60,275 nucleotides of DNA from Methanobacteriaceae archaeon (GCA_003558085.1 PWMT01000039.1:1-60275), one strand, 5' to 3'; shown: positions 41,947-53,353, counted from the first letter of the stretch. Notes: generated from the sequence alone by a model not told the origin. Made by a program: numbers and translations.

Positions 41947-42726
41947 TTATTTATTTAGTTCTTCCATAAGCAAATTCGCAATTTTTTCTCCTGAAAGTAG
42001 CATTCCCCCAAAGATCGGCCCCATTCTAGGAGCACCATAAACTGCATTGGCTGCCATTCCAGCTACATATAAACCGGGATATACTTCTTTGGTATTTTCT
42101 AATATAGAGCTTTCACCAACCTCAGCCCACATAGATTTTTCACCAATTATCTTACCATTTTCTGTATTTAATTTAGCCCCCATTTTATCTTGTATTACTT
42201 TTACTATTTCACAGGGGTGCCCAGTAGCATCTATAACTGCTTTAGAGCGAATGGTTAAAGGATCCACATGCAGTCCACTCTTTTCAACTGAACTCCAATT
42301 CAATACCAAACCTTCTACTTTTTCCCCAGGTATCATTACATCTTCGATACTCATTAAATTAAAAATTTTGAGTCCAGCCTGGCTAGCCTTTGAACATAAA
42401 GTGGAAACCGTTTCCACTGAATCAGAAACGTAATAATTTTCATCGTAACTAGAACTTTTTATACCAAATTCATCCAGTATTCTTTTTCCTTCTTCCTGGA
42501 CTACGATTTTGTTGAACATCATTCCCCCTCCCCACATTCCTCCGCCTATGGAAAGTTTACGTTCAAATAAAGCTACTTTAAAACCTGCCTTAGCTAAATA
42601 ATATCCTGCAGTAAGTCCAGAGGGACCTCCTCCACCTATAGCCACATCTATATCCATATAATCGATAAAATCCTTCATAAATTCCTCTACTATAGCTTTA
42701 GATATAATTATATCGTCTAATTTCAT
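41947..42726 (-). CDS. thi4: Sulfide-dependent adenosine diphosphate thiazole synthase
   Basis: [19 protein letters not shown] (His rather than Cys), DATGH and RMGPIFGGM. Confidence 0.93.
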   Translation of the reverse strand: MKLDDIIISKAIVEEFMKDFIDYMDIDVAIGGGGPSGLTAGYYLAKAGFKVALFERKLSIGGGMWGGGMMFNKIVVQEEGKRILDEFGIKSSSYDENYYVSDSVETVSTLCSKASQAGLKIFNLMSIEDVMIPGEKVEGLVLNWSSVEKSGLHVDPLTIRSKAVIDATGHPCEIVKVIQDKMGAKLNTENGKIIGEKSMWAEVGESSILENTKEVYPGLYVAGMAANAVYGAPRMGPIFGGMLLSGEKIANLLMEELNK

Positions 42727-42819
42727 TTTTACACCATTTATTTTTTTTTAAAATTATAGTTTAGAAGTTTAGAGATCCTAAATATCAACCGTTAAATAAT
42801 TTCTAGAAACCACCATTAA

Positions 42820-43914
42820 TCATTTTTTCATAATTATACGTAGAACGTCTTCATCCTCTAGTTTATGATCTGATCCCACTTTCTGTCCTTCAAATTTTAC
42901 TGAGTTACCCCATATTTTAGCGTGGCGGAATTTCTTAACAAAATCACGATGTAATTTTCCACAAACATCTTTAACCGAGGAGTTAGCTTTAATAATTAAA
43001 GGTTCTTCATAATCAGCTTTCTGGCCTTGTGGTTTCATATAAATTCTAATAAGATTTAATTGTTTAAATATTTCCTCTTTGAAATTTTCTAAATTTATTT
43101 TTTTATCAGCAGAAATGAAAAGGGCATCAGGAAACTTTTCTTTTATTTGTTGAAGATAAATTTGATCTACCAAGTCTATTTTATTCAAAATTACCAATGC
43201 CGGAATATAAGTACGATTAGATTATATTACGTCAATGAACTGATCAATGGTAATATCATCTCGAAGTAGAACATCTGCATTATGCATACCATACTCATTA
43301 ACAATAGAGCGTATGGTTTTTTCATTTAGATGGTTTAGTGAGGTGGTGGATGATACTTTAACCCCTCCCAATTTTTTCCTTTTAATAGTCACATCCGGCT
43401 TTTTTTCATTTGGTCTGATTCCGACATCTCTTAATTCTCTTAAAATTATATCAAGGTGTTCAGGATTAAAAACATCCATAACTATAACAATCAAATCCGC
43501 ATTTCGTGATACAGATAGGATTTCCCTTCCCCGGCCCTTACCTTTGGCAGCACCAGTTATTATTCCAGGTATATCAAAGATCTGAATCTGCGCACCTTTA
43601 TATTCCATGATCCCTGGTACTATATCCATAGTAGTAAACTTATAATTTCCTACTTTTGATTCTGCATTAGTAATTTCATTTAATAAGGTAGATTTGCCCA
43701 CGGAAGGGAACCCAACTAAAACCACAGTTGAATCTCCAGTTTTTTTCACGTGGAATCCTTTACCTTTACTAGCGGAGCTTTTTCTTTGCAGAGATTTTTC
43801 TTTTAATTTGGAAAGTTTAGCCTTTAATTTACCTATATGATGGGAGGTAGCCTTATTATAAGGGGTTTTTTGAATCTCTTCTTCTATATTTTTAATTTTT
43901 TCATCAATATCCAT
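42820..43914 (-). pseudogene. DRG/OBG-family GTP-binding protein with TGS domain, interrupted by one in-frame TAA
   Basis: [11 protein letters not shown] and DIPG, then [21 protein letters not shown] and TGS (KVG.DH.LEDEDV). Both ORFs share a frame; the stop is at 43222-43224. Confidence 0.82.
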
Positions 43915-44072
43915 AAAATTCACACTTAGACAGAATAAAATATAAAAAATAGATATATTATTTGTATAACATAGAATTATCTGTTTATTAAACTACATTA
44001 TTAAAATTTTGCCTTATTTTATATTGTAATATTTTAATAGTAAAGACCATCATAATTTATTTGAGGGATACC

Positions 44073-44450
44073 ATGATTGTAAGAGATGTTATGATTACAG
44101 ATATGGACACCATAGATGAAAATGAAAGTTTGGAAGAGGTTCTAAAAAATGCTGTAGAGCAGGGCAAGGGTAGCTTCGTGGTAACCAAGGATGGTGTGAA
44201 GGCGGGAATTGTTACTACTTGGGATGTACTAGAGGCCATAGCTCAAGGGGATGAGTTAAGTGAAGTTAAAGCTTGGGAAGCTATGGAAAGAGATCTGGTG
44301 ACTATATCGCCTTCATCTACATTAAAGGAAGCTGCCCACCAAATGGTAAATCATGTGGTTTGGAGACTCCTGGTAGAGGAAGATGATGATATTATTGGGG
44401 TGATTAGCGCCACAGACATATTTAGAGAAAAAATGTATAAAAGATATTAA
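44073..44450 (+). CDS. CBS-domain pair protein
   Basis: VRDVM, GIVT..D, M.R.L.TI.P and GVISATD; ATG after a GAGGGA RBS. Confidence 0.88.
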   Translation: MIVRDVMITDMDTIDENESLEEVLKNAVEQGKGSFVVTKDGVKAGIVTTWDVLEAIAQGDELSEVKAWEAMERDLVTISPSSTLKEAAHQMVNHVVWRLLVEEDDDIIGVISATDIFREKMYKRY

Positions 44451-44626
44451 ATTTTATTAATAAGATTTTGGATATTAATTCTGGCCTATTTTATATTTTT
44501 CCCAGATAATAAATTGGATCTAAAGCTAAACTGATCTTAATTGAGCATCCATTTTTTTATTCTTAGAATAAAACTTCATCTAAGAGAAATAAGGGTATAA
44601 AATTATGGATAATTTTTTAGTTGAAA

Positions 44627-47155
44627 TTATATTACTTTCCATAAAATAACGCCTGGTTCTTCATGTATCAATTCAAATGAGTTTTGTTCAAGACCATCCA
44701 ATAAGAATAATTTAGTAAAGATTGCATCTTCTAATGCTTTATCCATTATAAATGTATTATAAGATCCTTCCTCTTCAATTACTAGCAGACTCAGGGCACT
44801 CTCTCTATCCACCACTTCATTTCTAATCATTTGACCATCCTGAATAATCATCAATTTATGTGGATTTATTGATTGAAATATTTCATTTTCTCCAACGATG
44901 ATATTCGCCTCGATTTCATCATCAATAATTTCTAGGTTGGTTCCAATTATCATATCCCCAGTTATGGCATTAATCGTCTGGATAACTGTGGTTTCATTAA
45001 TTTTTTGAGGCTCTGAACTAGCTAATGAAGGATAATACATTGATCTAGTTCCTTGATTTGCCTCAAAATCCCAGCTACCAAAATAGGTCCACCAGCCTGC
45101 TTTTCCTATCATATCCTCACTGGTTACAATTATACTTGGTGTGGGATCCTCAGGATGTGAGTGTTTTAACACTTCCTGGGACTGTTCAGGAGTTAGTTTA
45201 TATTCATTGGTCATTAGGTTTAATGCGGTTTCTCTATCCATAGGGAGAGTTTCCATTAAAATTTCAGCGCTTTTACCAGAATCATTAGTATAACTATCTA
45301 AAGTAAGGTAAGCTTCATCCCCACTAGTAGCTAACATTTTAAATATAGCTGATGAGAGATCTTCATCACTACTTAACAATGCTTGACCTACCCAATAAGC
45401 TCGAGGCGTATTTTGTGAGCCCCCATCAAATGTCACAGGACGTTCCGCTACCGCTGCAAAAAGATGACCAAAATCCCACCAAGAAGTAATGATCGTATCA
45501 GATGAAGTGTTTTCATTTATCCATTCTAAGGAATTCCACATACCATCATTGGTTCCAGGAATTACTGAAGAAGATAAAGCATATGCTCCGGCAAGTGGAG
45601 CAGAAATAACAGCCAAAATTACTAAAACCATAACTATAGTCGATTTTAAATTGGAATCTTTAATGAGAAATATAATGCCGGCTAAAATAAATCCAATTAG
45701 TAAGGTAATGAAGGCTGAAAAACCTAAAGGCAAAGTTATAAAAATAACGGTAATGAATCCTAACAGAGCTAGATTATTAGTACTTTTAATATTTTCCCTA
45801 ATGTATTCTACTGCAAACCCTAAAAAAATTCCAGCACTAAGACCTATAGGTAGTGAAAACTCGGCAACGAATCTGAAACCTCTAGTTGAAGCATAAGCAG
45901 TCATTAATATCCAAAGTGAAAATAGAATAATATAAAAGAGGGTTTCACGCTTTTTTTCCCTGCCATGTTGGATAAAATTTGTAATGGGGGATTCAATGTC
46001 CTTTTTTTCATCCTTACTAGAATTTAACATTAATTTCATTTTCCATAATAAAATCCCCAATCCTAATATACCGGAAATGAATACTAAAAGACCGCCTACA
46101 CCCCCCACCATTGATAATTGGTTCGGTAAAAATAATCCAACTATACCATTAGCCAAGGAGACGAAACTTGGTACCTGTAACTCAGATACAGATACATAAA
46201 CATTAGGATAAGCAGTGGCCTGCACCGCAGTTTGAATTTGAGTGGCACCAAACAATTCAAAAAAGGAATTTAGTAAAGCGTTAAATCCGTTGAATATCCC
46301 CACCATCAAACCTCCTAAAACTATAACTATAGTTAAGGAAAATATTTCTTTTTGATCTAAAAACCATTTCAACCGGGAGGTATAGTCCTTAATTGATCTT
46401 CCAGGATCATCTTTTAACAAATATCTGGAAACTAATAGATAAACTAGCACCACCATTACTAAAAGTACTAAATAAAAAATATAACCTACCCATGCTAGAG
46501 AAAATATTAGGAGACTGAAAGCAGATAAAACACCAAAGATCACTCTTTTTTGGAGGTTAGGTGCTTTTATACTCTCTACAAAAAACCAAATGAATAGTAG
46601 GGGAAGTAGCATGGTGAACATATCATTATCAAAGAATCCGGCGAAAGTATTAGAAAAGTAGGGAAGACTGTTCGCCACCAAAATACCAGCAGCTACAGCT
46701 CCATAATCATTAGTAAATTTACGCGCAAATAAATAGGCAGGTATGACACTTAGTGAACCTACAAAAGCACCAGTCCAGAATGCTACTACATTAAGGGGTA
46801 TGGTAGCAAAAAGATTCATCAAATAATAAAAGGCTGCGGTAACATAGACGATCATGGGAGGATAAACCATTTCTCTACCTGGAGGAAAATAGGAGTGAAG
46901 ATCCCATGGTATTCCATTAATTACCGTATCCTCAATCCTTCCATCTTCAATAAAATTTTCAGTTAAACGGTAATTATAATAAGAATCCATTTCACTATAG
47001 TAAGGAAGGCCGCTTTCATCACTATAAAATTCTTTTAAATCTTCCGGAACTCCTCCAATATCATATGCTTCAGCGCGTAGTAAGAAAGAAACTGAAAATA
47101 GTAATATAATGATAATGACTGGTTTAAATTCGGATAAATCACCTTCAAAGTTCAT
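44627..47155 (-). CDS. aglB: Oligosaccharyltransferase AglB (STT3 family)
   Basis: EMDSYY, GFFDND, SVSE and WWDFG motifs, plus many TM helices. Confidence 0.92.
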   Translation of the reverse strand: MNFEGDLSEFKPVIIIILLFSVSFLLRAEAYDIGGVPEDLKEFYSDESGLPYYSEMDSYYNYRLTENFIEDGRIEDTVINGIPWDLHSYFPPGREMVYPPMIVYVTAAFYYLMNLFATIPLNVVAFWTGAFVGSLSVIPAYLFARKFTNDYGAVAAGILVANSLPYFSNTFAGFFDNDMFTMLLPLLFIWFFVESIKAPNLQKRVIFGVLSAFSLLIFSLAWVGYIFYLVLLVMVVLVYLLVSRYLLKDDPGRSIKDYTSRLKWFLDQKEIFSLTIVIVLGGLMVGIFNGFNALLNSFFELFGATQIQTAVQATAYPNVYVSVSELQVPSFVSLANGIVGLFLPNQLSMVGGVGGLLVFISGILGLGILLWKMKLMLNSSKDEKKDIESPITNFIQHGREKKRETLFYIILFSLWILMTAYASTRGFRFVAEFSLPIGLSAGIFLGFAVEYIRENIKSTNNLALLGFITVIFITLPLGFSAFITLLIGFILAGIIFLIKDSNLKSTIVMVLVILAVISAPLAGAYALSSSVIPGTNDGMWNSLEWINENTSSDTIITSWWDFGHLFAAVAERPVTFDGGSQNTPRAYWVGQALLSSDEDLSSAIFKMLATSGDEAYLTLDSYTNDSGKSAEILMETLPMDRETALNLMTNEYKLTPEQSQEVLKHSHPEDPTPSIIVTSEDMIGKAGWWTYFGSWDFEANQGTRSMYYPSLASSEPQKINETTVIQTINAITGDMIIGTNLEIIDDEIEANIIVGENEIFQSINPHKLMIIQDGQMIRNEVVDRESALSLLVIEEEGSYNTFIMDKALEDAIFTKLFLLDGLEQNSFELIHEEPGVILWKVI

Positions 47156-47505
47156 AATATTCCTCAATTATTTAGAAAAAATATATTACTGGTTAGGTTA
47201 ACAATTCATCATTACATCAATTTAACTATTGCGGTATTTTAATAATAATTAAACTATAATAGCTAAATTTTGATTTATAATAATAACTCCTTTTTTAGAT
47301 CAAATTCTTTTTTTTTTTAACTTGAAATATAATCTTGTTTCCAATATCAATAATATAATGTAAAATAGGGGATTGAACTAGAAACTGTTTTTTAATTTAT
47401 CAAACATCAATAAAATCTCTAAGTTAAGGAATGATAATGATTTAAGAATATGCTGCAGGAGTAAGGTTTCCCCTATACTTTGTTTGATAAAAAATATAAT
47501 TCATT

Positions 47506-49647
47506 TTAGTTTTTTTCTTCAAGTTTTTCTTCAATTGATTGGGTAAAGCGACATTTAGGAAAATTACTACATCCAATAAATTCACCATATCTTCCAGAGC
47601 GTTTAAGTAAATCTTTTCCACAATTAGGACATTTTCCCATTATTTCCGGTTCATCATTTTTTTTATCTTTACCACATTTAGGATCTAAACATGCTCGCTG
47701 GCGTGGTTTTCCAAAAGAAATTAATGGAAGTCCACATTTTTCACATTTAGTTTTCAATACACTAGCACCTCGGGGTAAAGGGTAAGTAGCCCTACATTCT
47801 GGATAGTTAGAGCATCCCACAAAAGTGCTTTTATTTCGAAAAGAATACTTCAATACTAAATTACCTTCGCATTTACATTTCCCTACAATGCGACTATCTT
47901 GATATGCTTGGTAAATTTGCTTACCGATTTTAATCTTATTTTTTTCGATATCTTCTAAAATAGAAATAACTTCTTTTTTAGCATCATCTATTACTTCTTT
48001 CTTGTTAATTTTAGCAGCCATAATGTCCTTCAATTCATTTTCAAATTGCCTAGTTAATTTTTCACTGGTTATCTGGTCTGAATATTTGCGCAGAGTGTCA
48101 ATTATGTTTTCTCCTAATTGATTTACAGCAATTTGTTTCCCGTAAATATATTTCCTATTATATAATATGGATATTATGTCCGCACGGGTGGCCTTTGTTC
48201 CCAAACCTCTTTTTTCTAATTCTCTTATTAATGAAGCTTCATTATAACGTGCAGGAGGTTTTGTTTCTTTTTCTTCTTTGATTATTTTTTCAACTTTAAG
48301 CATGTCACCCTGGGAAATATCTGGAAAATCATCATTTTCTACTTTACGGTAAGGATAATGTTCTAACCATCCCATATATTTTACCCGTTTTCTTCGAAAG
48401 ATAAATTCTTCATCAGCAATTTTAAGTAAAGTTTTCATTGTTTCCAGTGTAGCTTCTTTCCCAAAAACACTTATAAAACGATAAACGATCAATTCATATA
48501 TTTTTCTTTCATCTGTACTCAATTTTTTAGGTAAAAAACCGGTGGGGTGGATTGCAGGATGAGCCTCATCTTTCTTTTTACCCTGATTAGGCTTTAAAGG
48601 AGAGTGTAATTTTTTGATTTCTTTTTTAAAAGCATAATCTTTAGAAAGTTTTTTAAATATGGAATCATAGCCGATACTTTTAGGTAATTTTTGTGATGAA
48701 GTACGGGGATAAGAAGTGTATCCTTCTGTATAAAGATTCTGAGCTATTAACTGAGTTTTTTTGGGGCTGAAACCAAAAACAGCATAAGCTTCTGATTGTA
48801 AGCTTCCTAAATTAAATGGAAAGGGAGGATTTTTAATGGTTTGAGCAATGTCTATTTTATCTACAAAGGCATCTTTTTCTTTGCAATTAACCATGATATT
48901 TTCAGCTTCTTTTTTATCCCAGATTTTACCTTTTTTACTATCGGCAACTATATTTTTTTCTAAAAAGGCTTTTATCATCCAGTAAGGTACTGGTTTAAAC
49001 TCACGAATTTCTTTTTCACGATCTACTAGTATGGATAATGTGGGAGTTTGCACCCTACCTGCAGATAGCTTGATAAAACGAGAAGTAGATTCTTGTACAG
49101 TTTTCATAAGTGCCTTGGATATATTGACTCCGAAAATAAAGTCCAACACGTGTCGAGCAATTCCACTGTCCACTTGATTAAAATCTAATTCTATAGGCTT
49201 TTTATAAGCATTCACTACGTCTTTTTTAGTAAGTGTAGAGAATTTCATTCTATGGGTCTTATCAATACATTCATCTCCACAAAGATATTGTAATGCATTA
49301 TAACCAATTAGAGTACCTTCTATATCGTAATCACAAGCATGAATAAATTTATCTGCGCCTTTAGAGAATTTTTTTATAGCTTCAGCATAATGTTTAACAT
49401 AAGCTTTTTTCTTATCTAAATCATAAAGAGGAACCCATTGTAAATCAAAATAATGTTCTTTCTTGGGATTTAGTGGGGCTAGGGAATAGAGATGTCCAAC
49501 AGCAGATAAAATCGTGGTTTTTTTGCCTTCTTCTTCAAATTCCCAATAAGATACTTTTTTATACTTTTTTCTCTCTGCATGGTTAGATAAAGCTTGAGCT
49601 ATTTTTTCTGAGGATTTAGGCTTCTCACAGATAATTACCTCGTGCAT
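47506..49647 (-). CDS. topA: DNA topoisomerase I (type IA)
   Basis: [23 protein letters not shown], catalytic [13 protein letters not shown] and C-terminal C4 zinc ribbons. Confidence 0.95.
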   Translation of the reverse strand: MHEVIICEKPKSSEKIAQALSNHAERKKYKKVSYWEFEEEGKKTTILSAVGHLYSLAPLNPKKEHYFDLQWVPLYDLDKKKAYVKHYAEAIKKFSKGADKFIHACDYDIEGTLIGYNALQYLCGDECIDKTHRMKFSTLTKKDVVNAYKKPIELDFNQVDSGIARHVLDFIFGVNISKALMKTVQESTSRFIKLSAGRVQTPTLSILVDREKEIREFKPVPYWMIKAFLEKNIVADSKKGKIWDKKEAENIMVNCKEKDAFVDKIDIAQTIKNPPFPFNLGSLQSEAYAVFGFSPKKTQLIAQNLYTEGYTSYPRTSSQKLPKSIGYDSIFKKLSKDYAFKKEIKKLHSPLKPNQGKKKDEAHPAIHPTGFLPKKLSTDERKIYELIVYRFISVFGKEATLETMKTLLKIADEEFIFRRKRVKYMGWLEHYPYRKVENDDFPDISQGDMLKVEKIIKEEKETKPPARYNEASLIRELEKRGLGTKATRADIISILYNRKYIYGKQIAVNQLGENIIDTLRKYSDQITSEKLTRQFENELKDIMAAKINKKEVIDDAKKEVISILEDIEKNKIKIGKQIYQAYQDSRIVGKCKCEGNLVLKYSFRNKSTFVGCSNYPECRATYPLPRGASVLKTKCEKCGLPLISFGKPRQRACLDPKCGKDKKNDEPEIMGKCPNCGKDLLKRSGRYGEFIGCSNFPKCRFTQSIEEKLEEKN

Positions 49648-49776
49648 GATATCACACATAATTTTTCCTAATTTTATATAACTCATATAACTAATGGTAT
49701 TTAAAATGAATTATTGTCAGGTCAGTTCTTAAAATTTATAATAATATATCCTTTAAAAATAGGTTAAAAAAATAAT

Positions 49777-49956
49777 TTATTTATAAAATCCATAGAATTG
49801 ACTGCAGTAGTCACACATAGGATATTTTCCATAGTGATAATGACTGCAATCATCGGCGTTAATATCGAATTTTACAAGACAAGTAAAACAAGTTACTATT
49901 TTTTCGGATTTATCTTCAGATTTAAAGTTTTTAGAGCTAGAATTTTTTGGGGACAT
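49777..49956 (-). CDS. Small putative zinc-finger protein, 59 aa
   Basis: CFTC...CDYC pair plus C/H residues; GAAGGT RBS-like element; fills the serB-topA gap on the same strand. Confidence 0.6.
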   Translation of the reverse strand: MSPKNSSSKNFKSEDKSEKIVTCFTCLVKFDINADDCSHYHYGKYPMCDYCSQFYGFYK

Positions 49957-50030
49957 TAACAAACCTTCTCAACTAAAAATTGTTTATCTGTAGTTTATTG
50001 TTTTCTAGGGGAAAATTCAGCCTCTATAAA

Positions 50031-51521
50031 TTAGAAAACTTGGTGTTTTTGAAGGAGCAATAATTCATCTGTAGAGAGTTTTTTACCTTCCTTAAATCTG
50101 CGATAAATTTCCTCAGCACGTTCTTTTTCTTCCTGGTTTTTCTTCCTGGAAGTTCTAGATTCCATATCTCTTCTTCTAGATTTGAGCCCGCCTAATTTTT
50201 TATTAATTTTATGAATGTCTCCTAGAACAGATTTGAATTGTTCATGTTTTTGGGAAGCTGAATTTTTGCATTCCACAAATTTTTTATGAGCTTCATCAGC
50301 TTGGCTACGGATTTCATCGGTTTTACGGAAATATTCTAACATTTTTTCATGAGATTCTTGAGCTTTTTCTGAAAGTTCCACTACTTGGGCATGATAATCT
50401 TCAGAAGTCTTCTTTAGCTCTTGTGCCTTCTCATGAACCTTTTCATCTTCTTTAATATCTATTAATTTTTTTCTAAGTTCATTAGCATCTTTAACCAGTT
50501 GGTTTTCTTTCTTTATATCCAAAACCCGCGTCTCAATAATTTTATCTATTTTTTTTATTTCATTCTCTATTTTAAATCTCTCTTTTCTTCCAGAGGACCA
50601 TTCCATCTTTTTTAGTTTTTCGTTAGCTTTATCTCGAAGTTTTTTATATTTTTCTACTTCTTGATTAGTTTTGTTTCTTTCATCTCTAAATTTAATGGCA
50701 GTGTTGAGATTTTCTTTGAGACTATTATTCAATTCATCTCGAAGTTTTCTATATTTTTTAGCCTTTTGATTGAGTTCATCCCTTTCTTTAGAAATCTCAG
50801 AAAGAAATTTTTCATACTCGTCTTTTTTTTCCAGAGCATTATCCATAGTTCCTTCCATGATTGAGGTAATTGCTTTTTCTTTTTCTTCAGCATTTATTTT
50901 ATCAATGACAGGAATTATTTCAGTCAAATCTTGATTTTCAATGGAAACATCTGCAATTTCTATTAAAGCAGGTTTAGCATTGAAGGCTATGCCTAATTTA
51001 ACTGCTTTAAGCATAGAGATATCATTTGCTCCGTCACCTACTGCAGCACACTCTTCTAAACTTATTCCTTCCTCTTCTATTATACGACATAAAACATCGT
51101 ATTTTGAGTCTTTTACTAGGGGACCAGTAACTTTTCCGGTAATAATGCCCTCTTTTTCATCCAATTTATTGGAGTATGCATAATCTAAATCGAGCTTTTC
51201 TTTAATAGGATTGGCAAAATTTTCAAAACTTCCAGATATCACAGCTAGTTTATATCCTTTATTTTTAAGTTCTGCAATTGCTTTCTCTGCTCCATTCATC
51301 AACGGCATTTTTTCAGCTACTGCTGAAATTTCATCTATGGAAGCACCCTTTAGAAGCTTAACTCTTTCTTTTATAGCAGTTTCAAAGTCCAGGTCACCTT
51401 CCATAGCTTTCTTAGTAATTTCCATTATTTGGTCTTGAATACCCATTATTTTTCCAATTTCGTCTATGGCTTCACCATCGATAATAACATTGTCAAGGTC
51501 AAATACTACAAGCTTAATCAA
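50031..51521 (-). CDS. serB: Phosphoserine phosphatase SerB fused to a long C-terminal coiled-coil domain
   Basis: HAD motifs FDLDNV, ISGSF, K and GDGAND; then ~280 aa of coiled coil ending F..GKKLST.E. Confidence 0.88.
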   Translation of the reverse strand: MIKLVVFDLDNVIIDGEAIDEIGKIMGIQDQIMEITKKAMEGDLDFETAIKERVKLLKGASIDEISAVAEKMPLMNGAEKAIAELKNKGYKLAVISGSFENFANPIKEKLDLDYAYSNKLDEKEGIITGKVTGPLVKDSKYDVLCRIIEEEGISLEECAAVGDGANDISMLKAVKLGIAFNAKPALIEIADVSIENQDLTEIIPVIDKINAEEKEKAITSIMEGTMDNALEKKDEYEKFLSEISKERDELNQKAKKYRKLRDELNNSLKENLNTAIKFRDERNKTNQEVEKYKKLRDKANEKLKKMEWSSGRKERFKIENEIKKIDKIIETRVLDIKKENQLVKDANELRKKLIDIKEDEKVHEKAQELKKTSEDYHAQVVELSEKAQESHEKMLEYFRKTDEIRSQADEAHKKFVECKNSASQKHEQFKSVLGDIHKINKKLGGLKSRRRDMESRTSRKKNQEEKERAEEIYRRFKEGKKLSTDELLLLQKHQVF

Positions 51522-51533
51522 AAATATCACCAG

Positions 51534-52079
51534 TTAAATCAAATCCAACTCCTCGAGTCGGTCTTTAGTTTTTGCTACACCAAGTTTAGCATCTTCAAAG
51601 CTTTTTGCTCCAGTACAAACTACTTTACCCGATCCAAAGAGTAATAATACAACTTTTGGTTCACCTAAACGATAAACTAAGCCTGGAAATTGTTCTGGTT
51701 CGTATTCAGTATTTTCCAGTCCTAAAGCCACTGCTTCTAGATTCAGAGTTTTCATTAAATTAGCAGAGGCAACAATATTCTGTATCTTAATTTCAAATTC
51801 CTCAGGAATATCTGGATCCATAGTCCGCATTTGATCTACAGTTATTTTTATGGCCAGTTTAGAATCCTCTATAGATTTTGCTCCGGTACAAACTAATTTA
51901 CCTGAACCAAAAATTAATGCTGCTGTTTTAGGTTCTTTAAGTTTATAAACCAATCCAGGGAATTGTTCTCGGTTAAAATCAACACCTTCTAGTGCTTTAG
52001 CAACGGTGGGAAGATCAATAGATTTCCCCAAAGTTGCAGATGCAACAATGTTTTCCACTTTGATTTCCACATCAGTCAA
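51534..52079 (-). CDS. tbp: TATA-box-binding protein
   Basis: Two repeats of NIVAS...EQFPGLVY.L.EPK....FGSGK.VCTGAKS; TTG start with GGAGG RBS. Confidence 0.98.
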   Translation of the reverse strand: MTDVEIKVENIVASATLGKSIDLPTVAKALEGVDFNREQFPGLVYKLKEPKTAALIFGSGKLVCTGAKSIEDSKLAIKITVDQMRTMDPDIPEEFEIKIQNIVASANLMKTLNLEAVALGLENTEYEPEQFPGLVYRLGEPKVVLLLFGSGKVVCTGAKSFEDAKLGVAKTKDRLEELDLI

Positions 52080-52323
52080 TTAATATACCTCCCAGTAGTT
52101 AGAAGAATTCATACATACAAAACTTTTTCATACAAAATGTATAAAACTGTTATTTATATATGATTGATAATTACTTAAAAAGCAGTGCTATTTTACTATT
52201 ATTTTTTTTAGGTAAACTATAAATTATTATTAATAGTCTCTTAACTTTTATTATTCTAATTTTCATTGGAAATATTTTTAAAATTTAATTTGAAACTATT
52301 ATTATAAAAAATTATAAGGTTAC

Positions 52324-52338
52324 TTATATAAAGGTTGC
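52324..52338 (-). promoter_or_regulatory. Putative BRE-TATA promoter element upstream of tbp
   Basis: Minus strand reads GCAACCTTTATATAA and overlaps one arm of an inverted repeat. Confidence 0.45.
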
Positions 52339-52654
52339 TCTTTGGAGGGCAACCTCATGAAAATGTACTGCAGATTAATTAGAATTATGTATACTTTAAA
52401 TTTTAATTTTATTTAAATATATCACAACTAGTATGCAATTTAATTTTAATTTTTAATCCTATTTTAATATTTATAAGGTTCATGACACTTAATTTTCTCT
52501 TATTCTAATATTTATAAAGGCTAAAGACATTTAAAGTTTAATTTTACTTTTTTTATCTAACTATTAATGATATAATAGACAAATTATGAAACCAGGAAAC
52601 AATATATTAATTCTAGATTTATCTCTAAAACATTGTTGAAAGGGAGGTGTATAA

Positions 52655-53191
52655 TTGATTGAAGTAGAAGTTAAAGCGCACGTAGGTGACTTTGAGGAGA
52701 TAAGAAAAAAATTAAATTTGTTAGGAGCCAAAAGAATGGAAATTCAAGGGCAGGAAGACACTTACTTCCATGCGCCGCATCGTGATTTTGCAAAGACAGA
52801 TGAAGCATTGAGATTACGGCAAACAACTACTAAAAAAAAGTCAAAAATTTACATGACATACAAAGGTTCTAAACTGGATGATTTAAGCAAAACAAGAGTT
52901 GAAATTGAAGTTGGGGTGGATGATTACCTTAAAATGTACAGTATATTAGAAAATTTAAATTTTAAGGCATTGCCTCAGGTAATTAAAGAACGAGAAATTT
53001 ATCAGCTAAATGAGTATATTATAAGTTTGGATACTGTGCATAATTTAGGTAAATTCCTGGAAATTGAAAAAAATATTGGGGAGCAAGAATCTTATAAAGA
53101 AGTTAGAGATGAAATATTTCATTTATATGAAAAAATAGGGATAGTTGATGGCTTTGAGCGACTTTCTTATCTAGAACTTCTAGGTTTATAA
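52655..53191 (+). CDS. cyaB: CYTH-domain protein (class IV adenylate cyclase-like / triphosphate tunnel enzyme)
   Basis: IEVEVK, D.YF, ALRLR, TYKG, R.E.E, K.R..Y, LEIE and SYLEL motifs; GGAGGTG RBS. Confidence 0.85.
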   Translation: MIEVEVKAHVGDFEEIRKKLNLLGAKRMEIQGQEDTYFHAPHRDFAKTDEALRLRQTTTKKKSKIYMTYKGSKLDDLSKTRVEIEVGVDDYLKMYSILENLNFKALPQVIKEREIYQLNEYIISLDTVHNLGKFLEIEKNIGEQESYKEVRDEIFHLYEKIGIVDGFERLSYLELLGL

Positions 53192-53353
53192 TCATAATAG
53201 TTATCAATTGATTATATGCCTCAAAAGGTTATCAAAGAATTATTATGTATCAAATAATAAATTAATCATTGTTACCTATTAGAAATTTAACTCTTAAATA
53301 TTTTTAAAGGATTTATAATGGAATTTAATTTAAATTTGTTTTAGGCTATAAGT

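Noticed and set aside
43222..43224. Selenocysteine/pyrrolysine or alternative genetic code readthrough
   Set aside because: The codon is TAA, the expected residue is Glu, and TAA acts as a normal stop throughout the window.
5105..47155. A single N-glycosylation gene cluster (GT2, flippase, PMM, glmM/glmU, aglB)
   Set aside because: The genes are dispersed over 40 kb among unrelated core genes; the functional link is plausible but it is not a cluster.
53198..53255. Weak ~29-bp tandem similarity (GTTATCAA...TTAT.T...TCAAA) after cyaB
   Set aside because: Short, AT-rich and degenerate; cannot be distinguished from chance.
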